From: Minisyncoccota bacterium
Lineage (GTDB): Bacteria > Patescibacteriota > Minisyncoccia > Phycocordibacterales > UBA918
Length of the DNA stretch: 64,000 nt
NCBI GenBank assembly: GCA_937975855.1
Contig: CALJTT010000003.1
Location: 26,901 to 90,900, forward strand
Direction: 5' to 3'
The notes beneath the pieces are model-generated. The model was not told where the DNA came from. It saw only the letters and a program-made list of their open reading frames with translations, and made no database searches. The first letter of the stretch is position 1, and each line of letters opens with the position of its first letter. Shown piece after piece: positions 55,859 to 64,000 of the stretch. A program made the translations under genes and the position numbers.

Positions 55859-56587
55859 TTATTTTTCTCCCCAAACAGCAATCGACGGGAAAAGCTTCTC
55901 CCTCACTTCGATTGGAATTGCAACAAACTCTTCTTGGTGCGCCAACTCCCAGGCAAACAATTCCTCTATCGCTGTTGAGTCAACATTGGTTAGATGTTTT
56001 TCTAAAGCTTTAGCGTTCGGCATTTGATGATAAGTGGTTTTGGTTGGAGTTATGTTGAACGCTTCGTAGTTATCACGGACTTCCGGCTCGGGCACATATC
56101 GCACAAACTGTGTCTCAGGCAAAATGCTCGGCACGTTATTACCCAAGCGCACGTGCACCCACTCTTTCCATGAATGTGAATACAGGGCGTGCCCCAGATC
56201 ATAGCGATGGACCATCAAGCCGCCCGACGCCAAGTAACGATCACAGAACTGTACAAACCCCTTTAGATTTTTGACATGCTCAAGAACGCTAAGCGATATG
56301 ATTAAATCAAACGACTCGTCCTCGCAGCCCTCAAGCGCGTCGTACGCCAAACCAAAGTGCACAGTTGCCTTCTCTATACCATCAGTGTAATTTTGTGCTT
56401 TCTCAAACGAGGCTGGGATTGGTTCAATTCCAACGTACGTGATGTCAGGATACTGCTCAAACAGGCCTGGCACGTAGTTTGCTGTGCCGCAACCGACATC
56501 TAACACACGAAGCGCACGACCACTGGTCGTGCGCTTCTGCACTTCTCCTACTACATACGCAACAAAAAGCTGTTTCAACGATTTCAT
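55859..56587 (-). CDS. Class I SAM-dependent methyltransferase
   Basis: VLDVGCG, FDLI.S.SVLEH. Confidence 0.88.
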   Translation of the reverse strand: MKSLKQLFVAYVVGEVQKRTTSGRALRVLDVGCGTANYVPGLFEQYPDITYVGIEPIPASFEKAQNYTDGIEKATVHFGLAYDALEGCEDESFDLIISLSVLEHVKNLKGFVQFCDRYLASGGLMVHRYDLGHALYSHSWKEWVHVRLGNNVPSILPETQFVRYVPEPEVRDNYEAFNITPTKTTYHQMPNAKALEKHLTNVDSTAIEELFAWELAHQEEFVAIPIEVREKLFPSIAVWGEK

Positions 56588-56605
56588 TGCGAGTAGTATA
56601 TCAAA

Positions 56606-58540
56606 CTACTCCGTCACCTGAGACTCAAGCAGATCGATCACCGAAACAGCTAGCGGATGTTTGACCTTCTTAGCTTTAAACAGTTTATTCAGAACATCTA
56701 TTTGCTGCAGGCTTTGTGAGACTGTTCGTTTTTCAGATTTCTCGAAGTACTTCTCAATCCAACGAGTGAAAAACTTACGCTGTTGCGTCGTTGCATCTGC
56801 CAGCACAATGTTCAACAGCTCCGCTAATTCAATTTCTGAAATTGGCCCTTCCGTGATTTCTCCAGTCTCAAGATCGAAGGTGAAAGTGGTCGTCACACCC
56901 GGAAGAGTTTCTCCAGAAGCGGTGAAAGTTGTAGTCTCTCCAAACTCGTCGACGGTGAAGAATTCAAATGTAAACTCACCGACACCTGTGCCGACAACCT
57001 CTATAGTAAACTGCTCGCCAGCTTCGTACACCAGCAAGTGCTTGCCTTCATCAGCGCCAGCCAGAGCTCCGTCAAGGGCAATAATTTCGATATCACCGTA
57101 ACTAGCTTGCTCGAGGTCCACAACTACTTGCCCAGCGTCGTAACCAACCTGATCACCAGCAATGTTTTCAAACAACAGTTCGGCTGTCGCACTAGTTAAG
57201 TGAGCTTCAATACTTGTGCCACTTAGGCTTTCTGCACTTTCGCTAATGTTCAACACACGTGCGTCTGTAAAAGCATTGTTGTAGTCACGCACATAAGTAG
57301 AAGTGGCTGTTTTAACATCGTCAGCCGTCAGAGTGTTGTACCACCACGGGTCCAGCACAGTGTATTTGCTATCTGTTTTGTCAGCGAGCCACACATAATG
57401 TCCATCCTGGTAAGCTAGCACGACACTTCCCTCCTCACTCAACGAGTCGTCAATAAACGACATCGCAGGCTGGCTACCTGGCCGCACCGGCACTGCATTC
57501 AAACGCGACGCTAGTGTGCCGTCACTTTGGAATTCGCTAAAGTACGCTCCCGCTGCCAACCAACGCAATGCCCCATTACTAGTGTAGCCATCGACAGATT
57601 GTAGGTATTCATTAAAGTTTCCTGGATTTACATCAGCGCCCAGCACGTCTGTTGTAATATCCGCATCGCGTCCAGCCATCACCAATGAAGTCAGCACACA
57701 ACCGCACTCTCCGACAGTACTGCCACACCATCCACCATTTCCACCGTTATACAAATCACTCGCCCAAGATGCAGTTTCAGATTCAGACGGATAAGGAGAT
57801 TCGATTTGAGTGTACAGTCCTGGCCGGTCAGAAGGATCATCGTCACCAATAGTGTAGGTGATTTCGAGATAAGGGTCAGTGGAGGTCCCGAGGGCTTCGG
57901 AGGAAGCAATCGTAGCAGATCGGCGCTGTCTTCCTGGATCAATGTTGTCAAAATCGTATTCTGTTAACAAACCCACAACCGTGTAGCCATCTTTGTTAAG
58001 ATGTTTTTTTCCACCCTCTGAAAAAATAAATTCCGTTTTTAAGCCACCAGTGTTAACGACTCCGCGACTGAATGGATCCGTCCCAAAATTATCTATACGC
58101 CAATCTTGCTTATTGTAAACAGTATCAATTTGTCTTGAGTGAGATGTGATCACTATCTCTATTCCGTCATTTGCACTGTACCCTTGGCTCGCAACAAGTC
58201 GAACCTCATTCAGAGTAGCGTCCGTCGGAACTACGCTTGTGTCAAAAGGAATAGACCCTCTATAAATTCTATAATTCCCTACTCCTCGGTCTGAACGCAT
58301 GGGAATCTCTTCAAGCAGCACAGCTGGACTTAGACTAATCTCCCCAGAAAAAGCACGAGCTTGCTCCCAGTCATAAACTGCGTCAAGATCGCCTAAAGAT
58401 GCGACTCCGTCACTATGATGTGAGTAAATTTTAATTGTCTCAGTTTCCTTTGCGTACAAAGGACCAGAAAATAACAAACCTAGAATTAAGGTAAAAATTA
58501 GTCCTAAATGTTTGCAAGATATACAATTGTGAACGAACAT
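56606..58540 (-). CDS. Secreted multidomain protein: DNRLRE-like domain plus C39-like cysteine peptidase
   Basis: Signal peptide; R....FD...P......V.L and PYLEITY motifs; YTQ...W, GCVLTSLVM (Cys), HYV (His), LDPW (Asp). Confidence 0.6.
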   Translation of the reverse strand: MFVHNCISCKHLGLIFTLILGLLFSGPLYAKETETIKIYSHHSDGVASLGDLDAVYDWEQARAFSGEISLSPAVLLEEIPMRSDRGVGNYRIYRGSIPFDTSVVPTDATLNEVRLVASQGYSANDGIEIVITSHSRQIDTVYNKQDWRIDNFGTDPFSRGVVNTGGLKTEFIFSEGGKKHLNKDGYTVVGLLTEYDFDNIDPGRQRRSATIASSEALGTSTDPYLEITYTIGDDDPSDRPGLYTQIESPYPSESETASWASDLYNGGNGGWCGSTVGECGCVLTSLVMAGRDADITTDVLGADVNPGNFNEYLQSVDGYTSNGALRWLAAGAYFSEFQSDGTLASRLNAVPVRPGSQPAMSFIDDSLSEEGSVVLAYQDGHYVWLADKTDSKYTVLDPWWYNTLTADDVKTATSTYVRDYNNAFTDARVLNISESAESLSGTSIEAHLTSATAELLFENIAGDQVGYDAGQVVVDLEQASYGDIEIIALDGALAGADEGKHLLVYEAGEQFTIEVVGTGVGEFTFEFFTVDEFGETTTFTASGETLPGVTTTFTFDLETGEITEGPISEIELAELLNIVLADATTQQRKFFTRWIEKYFEKSEKRTVSQSLQQIDVLNKLFKAKKVKHPLAVSVIDLLESQVTE

Positions 58541-58561
58541 AAAAAATAAAATAACTTATAC

Positions 58562-58580
58562 GAATGTTATTATAACATTC
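58562..58580. promoter_or_regulatory. Palindromic bidirectional extended -10 element
   Basis: GAATGTTAT-T-ATAACATTC gives TGTTATTAT (+) and TGTTATAAT (-) between divergent genes. Confidence 0.55.
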
Positions 58581-58601
58581 AGTAATTCACACTCACAAAT
58601 C

Positions 58602-59351
58602 ATGCAAACAAAAGAAGAGCGGCAGGAAATCCAGTACACATTTCCCTACCACCATTTAGCTTACAAGAAACATGGCGGTGTATTTATTTTTAAACATCTT
58701 TTCTGGGGAATTGAACACCTGTCGTACATAGATGTCGTTATAGATAAAGTTAAAAATCTTAACCCAGAAACATTAACCGACGTTGGTTGTGGTGAAGGTA
58801 GAATAATTTCTGATTTAGGACAAGCTGACTTAAAAACCTCATTTACTGGTGTCGATATTTCAAAACGTGCAATTCAGTTCGCTGAAGCCTTCTGCAACAA
58901 AGGCACGTTCTTCGTGCACGACATTATAGAAAAACCCCTTCCAGAAAAGGCCGACGTGATTATATCTTGCGAGGTAATCGAACACATAAAACCCGATCAG
59001 GTCCAAAAATACATTGACAATATTTATTCCAGCATGAATCCTGGCGGCAGAATTATAATCACCACCCCTACCACAAACGTGCCGACTATTCCTAAGCACT
59101 ACCAACATTTCGACGCTAAAAAATTTGACGCTTTATTGGGTGGAAAATTTGAATCTGTTGAATATACATACCTAAACGTTGTTAATCGTCTAACTTGGGT
59201 ACTAAATCGTCTAGTAGCGAACCGGCTATTCTTTTCTAACTCCGTGGTTTTGAATCGTTTCGTATACCAAACATATAAAAAACACCTTTTATTTGGAACT
59301 GCAAAAACCGGAAGTCGGATTTTGGTTACAGCGACTAAGAAGGCTTCGTAG
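58602..59351 (+). CDS. Class I SAM-dependent methyltransferase
   Basis: DVGCGEG, GVDIS, EVIEH, PGGRIIITTP. Confidence 0.88.
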   Translation: MQTKEERQEIQYTFPYHHLAYKKHGGVFIFKHLFWGIEHLSYIDVVIDKVKNLNPETLTDVGCGEGRIISDLGQADLKTSFTGVDISKRAIQFAEAFCNKGTFFVHDIIEKPLPEKADVIISCEVIEHIKPDQVQKYIDNIYSSMNPGGRIIITTPTTNVPTIPKHYQHFDAKKFDALLGGKFESVEYTYLNVVNRLTWVLNRLVANRLFFSNSVVLNRFVYQTYKKHLLFGTAKTGSRILVTATKKAS

Positions 59352-59982
59352 CAACTAGATAGTATCCTGTTGTAATGAAGGGCGAGACATCCGTCTCTTT
59401 CCCTATGTCTCCATATTCATTTTTAATTAGCCACCCACTCTTTTGCAAAATCAAAACAAACAAATAAATGAGCGCTTTTGTTATTTTTCCTCCTCGTAGA
59501 TCAGTCTGAAAAATAACTCTCTGTAAGATAGCTGCCAAGGCTTCAAAAGACTGTGTCTCTGGCGTTATTTCTAATCGCTCCCAGTTTCGGAACAAATGCT
59601 CAAGGCCATATTTTGTGTACCGATAATAGTCATGGGGGATATCATGCAATGGATACATAAATCTTGTCGTCAATATCAACTTTCCTCCTGGACGCAGAAC
59701 TCGGTACATCTCTGACACCGCTTGCTCCGGAGTATGTAAATGCTCCAAAACCTCAGTACATAAAATCGTACCAAAAGCCTCACTTTCAATCGGCAAATGA
59801 TGAGCATCCCCAACAATATCTGGTTCCCTAGTTGGATCAACATCAACAATGTACCTATCAGGAAACAGAGACTCATATGAGTGATTGGTGTTCACGCGCC
59901 CACCGCCAATATCTAGCACTCGCTCTTGAGTCAAGTGGGTTTCGAGAAAATTTCTTAAATGGGGCCTAGTAATCTTTTTCAT
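59335..59982 (-). CDS. Class I SAM-dependent methyltransferase (Methyltransf_11-like)
   Basis: VLDIGGG, EVLEH, RVLRPGG, PHDYYRYT. Confidence 0.88.
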   Translation of the reverse strand: MKKITRPHLRNFLETHLTQERVLDIGGGRVNTNHSYESLFPDRYIVDVDPTREPDIVGDAHHLPIESEAFGTILCTEVLEHLHTPEQAVSEMYRVLRPGGKLILTTRFMYPLHDIPHDYYRYTKYGLEHLFRNWERLEITPETQSFEALAAILQRVIFQTDLRGGKITKALIYLFVLILQKSGWLIKNEYGDIGKETDVSPFITTGYYLVATKPS

Positions 59983-61091
59983 TGAAAATCATCTACAAAC
60001 CCCAAAACCCTTCCCGCTCTCTCAGTCCACGTATACCGCTTAGCCTTCACACTAAGTAGTCGGGCGGCGGCTTGTTTGTTTTCGTAATCTTGTCGCACTG
60101 CAGAAATGCCGGCGGCAAGTGCGCCAGAGTTGTCGGGCTGCACCAGTGTAACATCATCACCCAAAACCACAGAAGTGAGACTTGGAATGTCTGACGCAAC
60201 AATTGGAACTCCAGAGGCCATGTGGGCGAATAGCTTGAGTGGCGAAGTGTATTCGTTCGACAGAGGTGTGGTGGCTGTATTTGGTATAACAAGCACGTTT
60301 GCCGCCTGCTGGTTGTCGCGTAATTCTCGATAAGGCAACTTGCCTAAAAATCTGACATGCGGATACTTTTTCTTGATCACTGCAACTTGTTCTGTTGAGC
60401 CTCCGATTGCGACCACTGTGACGTCGAGCAGTTTGGCACCAGCCTCGAACAAAGTGTCGACTCCTTTATATGTATCGAACCCACCGATATACATGACAAT
60501 AAATTCTTCTGGCGGAAGATTAAGTTTGTTCCGCACTGTTGCACGACTAGGTAGTGATTCGAAAAAAGATTCGTCTATACCGTCATCAGCAACAAGCAGT
60601 TGATCTGCGGGGATGTTTTGTTGCCGATAAAAATCGTATATCCCTTTTGATATGACAACCACTGGTAACCCAAGTCGAAACAAACGACGAACCGCAAAGT
60701 TGTATTTGGCCTCATGCGATTCGTACACGAGTTTAGTCCTCGGCATCAAGACAGACAACGTGCACAAAACCAATTCGTGTCTCGAGTAAATAACATCGTG
60801 ACTATCTTTGCCATGACGCCGCCAAAAATAAAAAGCGAATAAAACTTCGCGAAGATAGAAACTAAGTTTTGATTTAAAAAATAGTTTTGTCGGAGGAAGT
60901 TGCTCGAGTGAAAATTTTGGCTCGATGCCAAACTTCGTGACAATGTCTTCTTGCGAAGATTCAAAATAAGCGTTGGTGAAAAGTGTAACGTCTGCTTTTT
61001 GGTTAGAAAAAGCCTGACACATATGAGTGATCTGGGCGGCATGGGCGCGGTCAGTTGGATATGGAACGTTAGCCAAATAGGCGACTTTCAT
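59979..61091 (-). CDS. Glycosyltransferase family 4 (GT-B)
   Basis: YIGG...YKGV, SPLKLFAHMASGVPIVASD. Confidence 0.88.
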   Translation of the reverse strand: MKVAYLANVPYPTDRAHAAQITHMCQAFSNQKADVTLFTNAYFESSQEDIVTKFGIEPKFSLEQLPPTKLFFKSKLSFYLREVLFAFYFWRRHGKDSHDVIYSRHELVLCTLSVLMPRTKLVYESHEAKYNFAVRRLFRLGLPVVVISKGIYDFYRQQNIPADQLLVADDGIDESFFESLPSRATVRNKLNLPPEEFIVMYIGGFDTYKGVDTLFEAGAKLLDVTVVAIGGSTEQVAVIKKKYPHVRFLGKLPYRELRDNQQAANVLVIPNTATTPLSNEYTSPLKLFAHMASGVPIVASDIPSLTSVVLGDDVTLVQPDNSGALAAGISAVRQDYENKQAAARLLSVKAKRYTWTERAGRVLGFVDDFQ

Positions 61092-61163
61092 AATGATGGC
61101 ATTATAACAAACATACTTTAGTAACTACATAGACCTGGATTTTGTTACACTGTCATACACGTT

Positions 61164-62405
61164 ATGATTGCCACCTTATTAAACAAAGCGGAACAACTAT
61201 TCCAAACTGACATGCGCTATTTTATAAAAAATGGTGGATGGTTACTGATGGGACAAATTCTACTGGCGGTACTTGGTTTTGTTCTCACGATCGCGTTTGC
61301 GAACCTGTTGTCACAACAAGAATACGGCGTTTATAAATTCATCATAGCGACTGGCGGGTTACTGGCAGCACTACGATTGAACGGACTGAGACTGGCAGTC
61401 ACACAAGCTGTGGCACGTGGAGCGTACGGCACGGCGCGAGATGCCCTGTTCCTGGCTGCACGCTGGAACACCTTGGTGATTGTCGCCTCTTGTGCTGTTG
61501 CGGGATACTATTTATTTCAAGACAACTACATTCTGGCGATCGGTATTTTAGCTGTTGGAAGTTACAACGCTATCATCGGCGCTCTCCGGGTCTACCGTGG
61601 CTATCTGTCTGGGACTGAACAATTTCACATTGGCACAATTCACGATCTAGTAACTACCGCGCTTGCAACTGGGAGCATCTTCCTTGCCCTTCTGTATACC
61701 GACAACGTCCTGGTCCTAGTTGCCGCGGGGATCGTCCTCCCCTTTCTGGCGATCGCTTGGTTTGCTTGGAACACACTGAGGAAAATTGACCGTACGGCGT
61801 CGTCGTCAGAGTCAGCCCTGACCTTTGGAAAACATATGAGCGCCCAGAACTTTCTATTGAATGTTGGTGTGCACATCGACAAGGTAATTTTATTTCAATG
61901 GCTAGGTAGTATCGAATTGGCAGTCTACGCTTTTGCCCTACTATTACCCGACCACGTAGGCGGACTATTTAAAAGCGTCCTTGGTATCGTCGTTCCCAAG
62001 TTTGCTCAGAAGGAACAAGCTGACCTGCGCCGCAGTATTAAACGCAAACTCGTACAACTAACCTTATTTATGATTCTGTCCGTGGTCGGCTACATTTTGG
62101 TTGCACCGTATTTATTCGCTTGGCTATTCCCTGTTTACGTAGATTCAGTTTGGTATTCTCAACTACTAATCATCGGACTATTGGGATTCCCGGCGTCTTA
62201 TCTCTTTACAGCGTACTTCGACGCACTGCAGCGTACTCGTACACTTTACAAAACAAAGATTTCTACAAGCATGCTGAAGATTTTATTTATCTTGGTATGC
62301 ACTTGGACTCTAGGACTCTTTGGTGCAGTTTTGGCACACCTTATGGCTCGAGTAGCGACAGTCACTATTCTTGGGTATTACTATTATTCCGAAAAATCCG
62401 CTTAA
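61164..62405 (+). CDS. Wzx-type oligosaccharide flippase
   Basis: About 12 TM helices, LSQQEYG, IDKVIL...LG..ELAVY, GLFGA. Confidence 0.85.
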   Translation: MIATLLNKAEQLFQTDMRYFIKNGGWLLMGQILLAVLGFVLTIAFANLLSQQEYGVYKFIIATGGLLAALRLNGLRLAVTQAVARGAYGTARDALFLAARWNTLVIVASCAVAGYYLFQDNYILAIGILAVGSYNAIIGALRVYRGYLSGTEQFHIGTIHDLVTTALATGSIFLALLYTDNVLVLVAAGIVLPFLAIAWFAWNTLRKIDRTASSSESALTFGKHMSAQNFLLNVGVHIDKVILFQWLGSIELAVYAFALLLPDHVGGLFKSVLGIVVPKFAQKEQADLRRSIKRKLVQLTLFMILSVVGYILVAPYLFAWLFPVYVDSVWYSQLLIIGLLGFPASYLFTAYFDALQRTRTLYKTKISTSMLKILFILVCTWTLGLFGAVLAHLMARVATVTILGYYYYSEKSA

Positions 62406-62452
62406 AGAGCTGACGGAAAATCCTTCTTACCAAATTTGTTACAATACCGATC

Positions 62453-64000
62453 ATGTTTTTCAGACTCCAGCAAAAAAATAATATTGTCACGACTGACCAC
62501 ACTGGATACGAAACCAAAGACTTCGACGAGTTCACTCTGATTACTTACAACATTCCACCAGAAGACAGGGCAAAACTGCTGGAAGCTTATAAAAACAAGA
62601 GTCTCCCGGAAACCTTGCAAACTTATAAAAGAAACGACTTTCTTTTTACTCTACACGACCACAAAAAACATTGTCTTATAGTTGCGAACGACCACTTTGG
62701 ATCGAATGAGATTTTATTCAAAGTAACTAAAAACGCAACCATAGTCACCGACTCTTTATCTGAACTCAAAAAACTATATCCAGACATTTCGATAGACTTG
62801 GATCGCGTCAACGAATATTTTGCATTCGGCTCAATCCAGCCACCCCAAAGTATTTTTAAAGAAGTCTTTGCAGTACCTTCAGCTCACCTGCTAACAATAG
62901 ACTGCAAAACCAAGAAGTACGATCTGCAAGAATACTGGAATCCGGCCAGCACTCTTGCTGATAAATATGAATCGTACGATGAGGGTTTGAGGGAAATACG
63001 GACAAAGATTGCTGCGAGTGCAGAGCAAGAAATTCCTTTCAGGGAAACATACGGTTCTTCTTTGTCTGGTGGAGTGGACTCGGGAGGACTTTTGTCGGCG
63101 CTACACGATGCAACCGGTGTCGCAGGCACAGCAATCACCATCGGACCATACGGTGAAGATTCGGGAGACCTTCCCAGCGCTCGCAAAACTGCGGCTCACG
63201 TTGGCGCAGATCATATCGAACTATATCCAACGGCTGACAGTCTTAAACATCTGCCACGCTACATGAAGCACCTAAACCAGCCAATGGACGGTCAAGCAAT
63301 TTTAACTAACGGACTGACGTTTGACGCAGCTCGTGAGAAAGGAATAACCAGAATGTTGTTCGGGTTTGGTACCGACAACATGTTGGGTTGTCAAAAATAC
63401 AGTCGTCTAGCTGTCATGTTACAAAAAATCTCCTGGCTTCCAATGTCAATTCAAAAACTTGGCTTGTCTGTGGTTTTGAAGATGCGGGGTAACATTTCTA
63501 AAGACCAGAAAGAAGTTATTCTAGCTTCCACAAACACCGAGCGCTTCCTGCGAATAAAATCTATTCACTTTTGGGCGAACCAGCCGTTTCTTAAGCATCC
63601 AAGCGACCCTTACAAAACAATCGAAACCAAAAAACTTAATGAGATCTTTTCTCGCTCAGATCTTGGGCCAGTTGATAAATACATATTCGCCGACTGGAGT
63701 CACATTCATATCTACAACCGTCATGGAATGGTCAGTAGGCTAGCGCGCCCCCAAGGTATTAGTGTCTACAATCCAGCGTATACGCCGCTAGTCAGCGGAG
63801 CTTTGTTGCGAGCAACTGACCATATGCGAATGCGCAATGACTGGGACAAGGAAATATTTCGAGAAGCTGTCCGACCTGTTTCGCCCGAGCACCTGTACAC
63901 AAATAAACGAAAGTCTTGTATCTTGGAAATGAAAAAATGGTTTGCCGATGAAAAGACTCGATTTGACGCTAAAAAGATTCTAGAAGACTCCGAATTCATT
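62453..64000 (+). CDS. Asparagine-synthase-like amide ligase (partial, runs off the window end; absent from the ORF track)
   Basis: Open frame from ATG 62453 (MFFRLQQK...); DHFG motif, EYW, LSGGVDS PP-loop, K.IFREA; TGTTACAAT 7 nt upstream. Confidence 0.82.
   Translation, partial: MFFRLQQKNNIVTTDHTGYETKDFDEFTLITYNIPPEDRAKLLEAYKNKSLPETLQTYKRNDFLFTLHDHKKHCLIVANDHFGSNEILFKVTKNATIVTDSLSELKKLYPDISIDLDRVNEYFAFGSIQPPQSIFKEVFAVPSAHLLTIDCKTKKYDLQEYWNPASTLADKYESYDEGLREIRTKIAASAEQEIPFRETYGSSLSGGVDSGGLLSALHDATGVAGTAITIGPYGEDSGDLPSARKTAAHVGADHIELYPTADSLKHLPRYMKHLNQPMDGQAILTNGLTFDAAREKGITRMLFGFGTDNMLGCQKYSRLAVMLQKISWLPMSIQKLGLSVVLKMRGNISKDQKEVILASTNTERFLRIKSIHFWANQPFLKHPSDPYKTIETKKLNEIFSRSDLGPVDKYIFADWSHIHIYNRHGMVSRLARPQGISVYNPAYTPLVSGALLRATDHMRMRNDWDKEIFREAVRPVSPEHLYTNKRKSCILEMKKWFADEKTRFDAKKILEDSEFI

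Noticed and set aside
1..64000. Alternative genetic code (TGA=Gly) as in some CPR lineages
   Set aside because: Core genes are full length under code 11, and TGA serves as stop in ATGA overlaps (38291, 35115, 59979)

Overview
Bacterial chromosomal segment (genetic code 11) whose gene content and protein streamlining point to Patescibacteria/CPR, probably Parcubacteria (inference, no database search run). Core genes: dnaE, thrS, gyrB, pheT/pheS, tRNA-Thr(TGT), tsf, rpsB, prfA, L31 type B, rplY, fba, a PfkB kinase, split transketolase, rpe, rpiB, gap, gatB, obgE, secA and murB. Four accessory cell-surface loci sit among them. (i) A sortase next to a VPYTG-motif Cys-repeat surface protein (5.5-9.8 kb). 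(ii) An island with a GHL10-like glycosidase, a 3D-domain protein, a low-complexity secreted protein and a divergent orphan LpxC-like metallo-deacetylase (27.8-32.4 kb). (iii) An ~10 kb locus of two membrane-anchored HTH proteins, a 1530-aa tail-fibre-like adhesin with an S74 chaperone, and a WxL/DUF916-like four-gene module (36.7-47.1 kb). (iv) A glycosylation cluster (53.5-64 kb). Non-coding highlights are a clear T-box riboswitch upstream of thrS with an atypical compact stem I, pervasive leaderless-type promoters (-10 box 6-9 nt before the start codon), and a duplicated tRNA 5' end flanking a palindrome that contains anticodon-arm sequence. No CRISPR array, rRNA, transposase or integrase was seen.
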